In this document: one piece after another, positions 58,981 to 64,000 of the stretch
Numbering within the stretch: the first letter of the stretch is position 1
Layout of the letters: each line of letters opens with the position of its first letter
Assembly (NCBI GenBank): GCA_963829735.1
Contig: CAWHJT010000001.1
Coordinates: forward strand, 69,108 to 133,107
DNA length: 64,000 bases
Reading direction: 5' to 3'
From: an uncultured Actinomycetes bacterium
GTDB lineage: Bacteria > Actinomycetota > Thermoleophilia > Solirubrobacterales > 70-9
The notes under the pieces: model-generated
Database searches by the model: none
Told to the model about the DNA's origin: nothing
The model's input: only the letters and a program-made list of their open reading frames with translations
Translations under genes and position numbers: made by a program

Positions 58981-61307
58981 TCAGTTGCTGACGCTGAAGG
59001 TTGTGCTGCTGATGCCGCTGACGTTGCCGGCGCGATCGGTCGCTCGCACGCTCAAGATGAACGACTGCGTCTGCCCGACCGGGACTTTGAAGTCGGCGCC
59101 CTTGGCCGTGTACGTCCACGTGGGGTCACCGCCGCTGGCCGAGAACCAGGAGCACGTGGCGCCGAACGCGCTGCCGCCTCCGGAGGCTCCGTTCCAGCAG
59201 TCATGCGAGCCGAAATTCTGCGCGACCTGGATCTCGACTCCCGAGTTGTTCACGACGCCGGAGCCGCCCGTGTCGTCGGCGGTTCCGCAGAGCCGGTCGG
59301 CCGTCCCGCAGGCGGCCTGCGAGGCGTTGTGCCAGCCGGCGACCGTGTTGGTGCTTCCTGCGCCGGGGAACGTGACCCCGACCGTTGGCACGAGTTGATC
59401 GACCTTGACGACGCTCGTCGAGGTGAAGGGGTTAGCCGTGTTGCCGACGTTGTCGGAGACGACGTACTGGTACTTGTAGCAATTGCCGTTCGTGACGCCG
59501 CCATCCTGGTACGAGGTGCCCGGGTTGGTTGCGATCGTCGAGAAGGCGCCGTAGGTGCCGCATCCGCCGGTGCCGTTCAGGGGCGCGGCCGCACGCTGGA
59601 GCTGCGTGGTGCCGACCCCGAGCCGCTGTCGGAGGCGGTCAGGGTGATCTGCACGGACTGTCCGGTGGGCAGGTATCCGTTCGGCGTATAGCTGATCGAG
59701 CCGGTCGGGTTGGTGGTGTCGTTGACGAACGTGAGCGTTGTGGACCTGGTGTTCGCCAGGGCGTCCGCCCCGGTGATCGTGTAGGTGCCCGCGAAGTTCG
59801 CTCCGCCCGTCCAGCTGAAGGCGTTGGACGTGTAGGACGGCCCCGTGGTGACGATCTCCGCGGTGTGGTTCATCTTGTTCACGTTGTTGATCGCCGGATA
59901 GGTGACCGACGCCGGGCCCGAGCCGGCGTCCGTGATCGCGTCGCTGAGGGTGAAGTTCCCTGCGGTGCCGCCGTCGTAGTAGATCCTCGAGTTGGCGAGG
60001 TCGAGGTAGGACCCGCCGCCCGAGGCTCCCTGGTTGAGGCTGAGATCGTTGATCGGGCCCTGGGTGTCGATCTTGACGTGGACCGTGCCCTGGGCCTCGT
60101 CGTTGCCGGCGATATCGGTCGACCAGTAGGTGATCGTGTGGTCCCCGTCGTTCGATCCGTCCGAGGGAGCGCTGATCACGAAGCTTGTGCTGGCGACGCC
60201 GCTGGTGCCGGCGATGTTCTGCTGCGTTCCGTTGTCGATCTTGTAGTGGAGCTGGCTGACGCCGGATCCGGTCGCGCTGTAACCGGGATCCGAGGCGGAG
60301 AGCCCCACCGTGACGGCGGTCTTGTGCCAGTTGTTGTCGGTGCCGCTCGCGGTCGTCTGCGGGTTCGCTGTATCCAGAAGCCATGTGTAGGGCGTCGTTG
60401 TCTGCGTCGCCACTCCGTCGGCGTCGACCGCCTCGACCGTAAAAGTGTGCGACCCGTCGGCGACGGTACCCGCGTAGTCCTTCGGACTGGTGCAGCTGGT
60501 GAAGCTCCCCGCGTCGAGCTTGCACTTGAAGCTGTAGGAGGCGCGCGTGTGGCTGAAGGAGAAGGAGCCGTTGTTGCTCCAGGTCGGCGACGCCGGCGGC
60601 TCGCTGTTGATCGTCGGCGCGCTCGTGTCGATCGTCCAGGAGTAGGTCCGGTCCGGTCCGGTCGAGGCGCCAACCACTGAGTGCACGGTGAACGTGTGCG
60701 AGCCATTCGACAGGCCGGAGTAGCTCTTGGGACTGGTGCAGCTCGCGAAGCTGCCGGCGTCGAGCTTGCATTCATAGCCGGTTCCCCCCCCGCCAGAGAA
60801 GCTGAACGCCGGAGCAGTGTTGGCGCTCGGATCCGCGGGTTTCGAGTCCAGCGTGGGCTGACTCAGGTTCGTGATCGTCACGGATACGGCGCTGCTGGTT
60901 CCAGAGGCGGTCCAGGAGTTGAGGTGACCAGCGACGCGATAGCTGTAGCTACCGCTCTGCGTCAGCGTGTCGTTGCAGCTCGTGCCGGTCAGGGTGCCCG
61001 AGCACGTCCCACCCGCCGGGCCCCACGTTGCGCCACCGTTCGCGCTGCGCTCGACCGAATAGGTCACTTGCGCGTCGAGCGCGGGATCGCCCGATGCCAC
61101 ATGTGAGGCGTCCCAGTTGACCGGGACGCTGACCGAGGGTTGCCCGGTCCCGCCTGTGGCAGTCACGTTGCTCGGCGCCGACAGCGTGCCGGCCTTCCCG
61201 AACGCAAAGCCAGAGCCGACCGCCACCCACGCAGCCGTGGCCGATGCGCAGAGCCCGAGGAGGACAAGACCCACGAGGGCCATTCGTTTGAGGGGAATCC
61301 GCCGCAC
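58981..61307 (-). CDS. large secreted multi-domain (Ig/FN3-like repeat) surface protein, one frameshift
   Basis: ORF 59577..61307 (576 aa) has the signal ...LLGLCASATAAWVAVGSG and repeated Y(E/F)CKLDAGSF(A/T)SCTSPK...GSHTFTV modules. It joins near ~59610 to the C-terminal part of ORF 58981..60771 (...GTTQLQRAAAPLNGTGGCGTY...RATDRAGNVSGISSTTFSVSN). Confidence 0.75.
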
Positions 61308-61309
61308 CG

Positions 61310-61792
61310 TCAGTGCTTCCCGTTCACTCTCGACTCAGCGTGGAAGCGAAGCGGAAACCGCACCCGCTGGCAGGCCTCCGGGGCGTTTCCGCGCAACTTG
61401 ATGCGCAGCCCCGTTTGCCTGGTTCCGCGAGGCCGCATAACCAACCTGTGACCGCGACCTCGGTATCGGCGCTTGGGCGAACGCAAGTTGTTCGCGGAGC
61501 ATCCCGACGCGCCGTGACGAGTCTTCGCCTTGATCCAGCGCACGCGGACTCGATAGGGGCGGCGGTTCTTCAACTGGACCTGGATGCGCCTCGGATCGCC
61601 CGGGTAGAGGCCCTTGACATGACCGGAGATCCCGAGGCGGGAGGCGTGATGCTTCTTTGCTTGCGCCGACTGAAGGGCGCCGTGGTCGCCGCCCACCACG
61701 CCGAGGGCGCCGTACGCGCCCCCGGCCAGCGCCAGCAGGACGACGATCACGAGATATAGAAGGGCTCTTCTCATGGCTTCCTCATGGCGCAT
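61310..61792 (-). CDS. membrane-anchored, extremely basic paralog of the 61913 protein
   Basis: 160 aa. TM segment LLYLVIVVLLALAGGAYGAL, then GLYPGDPRRIQVQLKNRRPYRVRV...GC...ACQRVRFPLRF. This parallels KLYPGGPAGDVKVHINNPNSFPVTV...GC...DCQNATFGIPL in the upstream gene. Its stop is 0-2 nt from the next start. Confidence 0.55.
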   Translation of the reverse strand: MRHEEAMRRALLYLVIVVLLALAGGAYGALGVVGGDHGALQSAQAKKHHASRLGISGHVKGLYPGDPRRIQVQLKNRRPYRVRVRWIKAKTRHGASGCSANNLRSPKRRYRGRGHRLVMRPRGTRQTGLRIKLRGNAPEACQRVRFPLRFHAESRVNGKH

Positions 61793-61912
61793 CGAGGCGG
61801 TCCGCGGTCCGGCACCCGGCTAGGCGCCGGACCGCGGTTTGCCCATCAGAGCCCACGCTTGGTCAGGGCGTCGACTCTGTCTCGATGCGCAACTTCTTCT
61901 CTGGTTGTTCCG

Positions 61913-62413
61913 TTAACCGCTGTGGGCGGCCAGGGTCAGCGGGATGCCGAACGTGGCGTTCTGGCAGTCGTTGTCGGAGCTGTTCGACATCGACGCCTTG
62001 CCCGACAGCGTCACCGTCGTGTCGCTGTTCGCGGCGACCGAGTCGGTCCGCCCGCTCACGTTGGTGAATGACACGCCGGTGGTGTCCGGGCTGCCCGTGC
62101 AACCAGGGCCGCCGCCCGTCACGGCGATGTTACGAGTGTTGTCATTCGTGTAACTCGTCACCGTGACCGGGAACGAGTTCGGGTTGTTGATGTGGACCTT
62201 GACGTCACCTGCGGGGCCGCCCGGATACAGCTTGCCGCTGATCGTGCCCACCGTGCTGTCGGTGGTCAGGGCCTGCGACTGGCCGGCCTGGGCGAAGCCC
62301 TGGGCGTTGTCGCTGGTCACGGTCCACGCTGCGTAGACCAGACCGACGACTCCGAGGACGAGAACCGTGACCCCGGCGCCGATGACGCGCTTCTTCCTTG
62401 AGAGGTTGCGCAT
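61913..62413 (-). CDS. exported protein with TasA/camelysin-style signal region
   Basis: Start taken at MRNLSRKKRVIGAGVTVLVLGVVGLVYAAWTVTSDNAQG. A beta-rich Ser/Thr/Asn-rich body follows. Confidence 0.6.
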   Translation of the reverse strand: MRNLSRKKRVIGAGVTVLVLGVVGLVYAAWTVTSDNAQGFAQAGQSQALTTDSTVGTISGKLYPGGPAGDVKVHINNPNSFPVTVTSYTNDNTRNIAVTGGGPGCTGSPDTTGVSFTNVSGRTDSVAANSDTTVTLSGKASMSNSSDNDCQNATFGIPLTLAAHSG

Positions 62414-62550
62414 TGTTAACTCCTTGAGTGCTTGCTTTCCGGGATTGGTCCCGGCGAACACCCGTAGCGTGGGCCAGCGAGGTCGGAGCGGGGATGGGAT
62501 CGAGGGTGATTCCGGTATGGACGGTCAGGCGTCTCCGGGCGTCCCTCGAC

Positions 62551-63237
62551 CTATGTGGGCGTGGGTCGGTACCGGTAGCCGAAGCCGCGCACCGTCTCGA
62601 TCGGGTCCTGGTCGGCCGCGTCGGCGAGCTTGCGCCGCAGGTAGCCGATGTAGAGCTTGACCTGCTGGCGTGAGCGGTTGACCGAGTCCCCCCAGGCCAT
62701 CTCGAGCAGCTGGTCGTGGCTCAGAACCTGGTTGGGATGCCGCGCGAGGGCGGCAAGGAGGCGGAACTCCGTGGGGGCGAGATCCAGCTCCTTATCCGCG
62801 ATCGAGACGCGCCGCTGCGTGAAGTCGATCTCGACCAGGCCGTCGGCGTGCACCTCGTCGCCGACCTCGCTGTCCCCGGCTCGGCGGAGCAGGGCCTCGA
62901 CCCGCGCGATCAGCTCCTGGCGCCCGAACGGCTTGGTGACGTAGTCGTCGGCGCCCTGGCGCAGGCCGCGCACCTTGTCGAGCTCGTCAGAGGCCGCGGT
63001 GAGGATCAGGACTGGCACGTCGCCGAGCTCGCGCACCCGCTCCAGCACCTGCCAGCCGTCCATCTCCGGCAGGCCTATGTCCAGGATCAGCAGGCTGGGG
63101 CGGTGCTCGTAGAACTGGCGCAATCCCTCGCGTCCATCCGCGGCCTCGATCGTGGCCATCCCTCACGTTCCACCACGGTACGGACAAGGTCACGCAGATC
63201 ATCATCATCCTCGACGATCAGGACCTCCGTCTCTCAT
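62551..63237 (-). CDS. OmpR/PhoB-type response regulator, frameshifted at 5' end
   Basis: ORF 62551..63159 covers the receiver from ATIEAADGREGL...LILDIGLPEMDG and the winged-helix output (...VRGFGYRY). The missing N-terminus VLIVEDDDDLRDLVRTVVEREGW is in another frame upstream, and ATG ~63237 is in a third frame. Confidence 0.85.
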
Positions 63238-63285
63238 ACCTGATTCATACCAGCTTCGAAGGGCATTCATTCCCGCGACCCGATA

Positions 63286-63615
63286 GTGGGCAGGTGGCCA
63301 GACTCGCCCAACAAGCGGCTCCGACGATGGCGAACGGGACGGCCTCGGATCCTCGGGACGCGTCGCAGCCCCGGCACCGACATCGGCGACCTCGCCGTCG
63401 AGATGCGCACCATGGTCACGCCGGTCATCGGCTATCTCGAGCTGATCTCCTCCGAGGACGAGCCGATGTCGGCTGATCGGCACCTCTCGTGGATCGAGAC
63501 GATCGAGAAGAGGCTCGAGGCGATCCAGGAGCTGAACGGCCAGATCGCGCGGACCTGCGGCGGTCCTCAGGGACGCCGTCAGCGAGACGGAAGCAGCGCC
63601 GCCACGCGGTCCTGA
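63286..63615 (+). CDS. DHp (HisKA)-like domain-only protein lacking the phospho-accepting His
   Basis: DIGDLAVEMRTMVTPVIGYLELISSEDEPMSADRHLSWIETIEKRLEAIQELNGQIA aligns with the HisKA H-box (xxSHELRTPLxxIxGYxELL) with Val in place of His. No ATPase domain follows. The 3' end overlaps the next gene, and ATG 63327 in another frame may be the real start. Confidence 0.5.
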   Translation: MGRWPDSPNKRLRRWRTGRPRILGTRRSPGTDIGDLAVEMRTMVTPVIGYLELISSEDEPMSADRHLSWIETIEKRLEAIQELNGQIARTCGGPQGRRQRDGSSAATRS

Positions 63616-63968
63616 AGCTCCCGCGGACTGAACGGCTCCCTCATATAGCGCTCGCTGTCCTTCTCGATTCCGGGAATCAGGTCCTTCTCGTTGACGGTCG
63701 CCGTCAGGAGCAGGATCGGGATCTCCGCGGTCTCCGGCTCGCCGCGGAGCGCCTCGACCACCTGGATGCCGGTGCGGTTCGGCATCACGACGTCCAGGAC
63801 GCACACGTCGGGCTTGTGACGCCTCGCGAGCTCGAGCGCCTCCTCGCCATCGCTCGCTCGAAGCATCCTGTGCCCCACCTGCTCCAGGGTCAGGCAGACG
63901 AGGTCGAGGATGTCGTCGTCGTCGTCCGCAGCCAGGATCACGCCGGCCTGTTCGGTGGTCTCGGTCAT
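63579..63968 (-). CDS. single-domain (CheY-like) response regulator
   Basis: Intact 129 aa. DDDDDILDLV..., phospho-Asp context VCVLDVVMP, LLLTAT, and K in MREPFSPREL. Confidence 0.85.
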   Translation of the reverse strand: MTETTEQAGVILAADDDDDILDLVCLTLEQVGHRMLRASDGEEALELARRHKPDVCVLDVVMPNRTGIQVVEALRGEPETAEIPILLLTATVNEKDLIPGIEKDSERYMREPFSPRELQDRVAALLPSR

Positions 63969-64000
63969 TGCTGAGGAGCCTCCTCCATCTCCGGTTCGCG

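Overview
This is a chromosomal window with very high G+C. Its gene content and order look Actinobacteria-like, but that is inference and no genus can be named from the sequence alone.

Gene content, left to right:
- A GAP-family membrane protein, tatA and a TVGYGD K+ channel.
- A lower-GC, gene-poor stretch of about 1.7 kb (1.9-3.6 kb). It holds an A13 tract, palindromes, a hairpin-bounded repeat module and a decayed gene.
- gntR plus a membrane-anchored DxDGDG protein, then two secreted or Pro-rich orphans.
- The conserved rpsF-ssb-rpsR-rplI-dnaB block, with a translationally coupled DnaC/IstB-like ATPase, then purA.
- A fused biotin carboxylase-BCCP, DUF2804 and three small orphans.
- A CBS protein plus an MMPL transporter, and assorted oxidoreductase and hydrolase genes.
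- A collagen-like, amicyanin-like cupredoxin with an LPxTG sorting signal, a double-length ThyX-like protein and a nitrilase.
- The complete 14-gene nuoA-N operon on the minus strand (31.9-47.1 kb).
- Flavin reductase, a lipoprotein cytochrome c, serS, msrB, a thioesterase and a 2-hydroxyacid dehydrogenase.
- A sulfate ABC transporter with a disrupted Rrf2 regulator.
- A right-hand cluster of surface proteins with two response regulators and a His-less DHp-only protein.

I recognised no rRNA, tRNA or CRISPR array.

Main caveat: about fifty apparent frameshifts, plus one in-frame TAG, interrupt otherwise conserved genes, including most nuo genes. Many CDS below therefore span several ORF-track pieces. 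Their internal junctions are approximate and all family calls come from motifs read by eye.

The leads I would follow first:
1. A ~45-bp palindrome-cored repeat shared between the gene-poor stretch and the nuoD-nuoE spacer, together with other unusual nuo intercistronic elements.
2. The wall-anchored collagen-like cupredoxin.
3. The surface-protein and response-regulator cluster with its DHp-only protein.
4. The dnaB-coupled loader-like ATPase.
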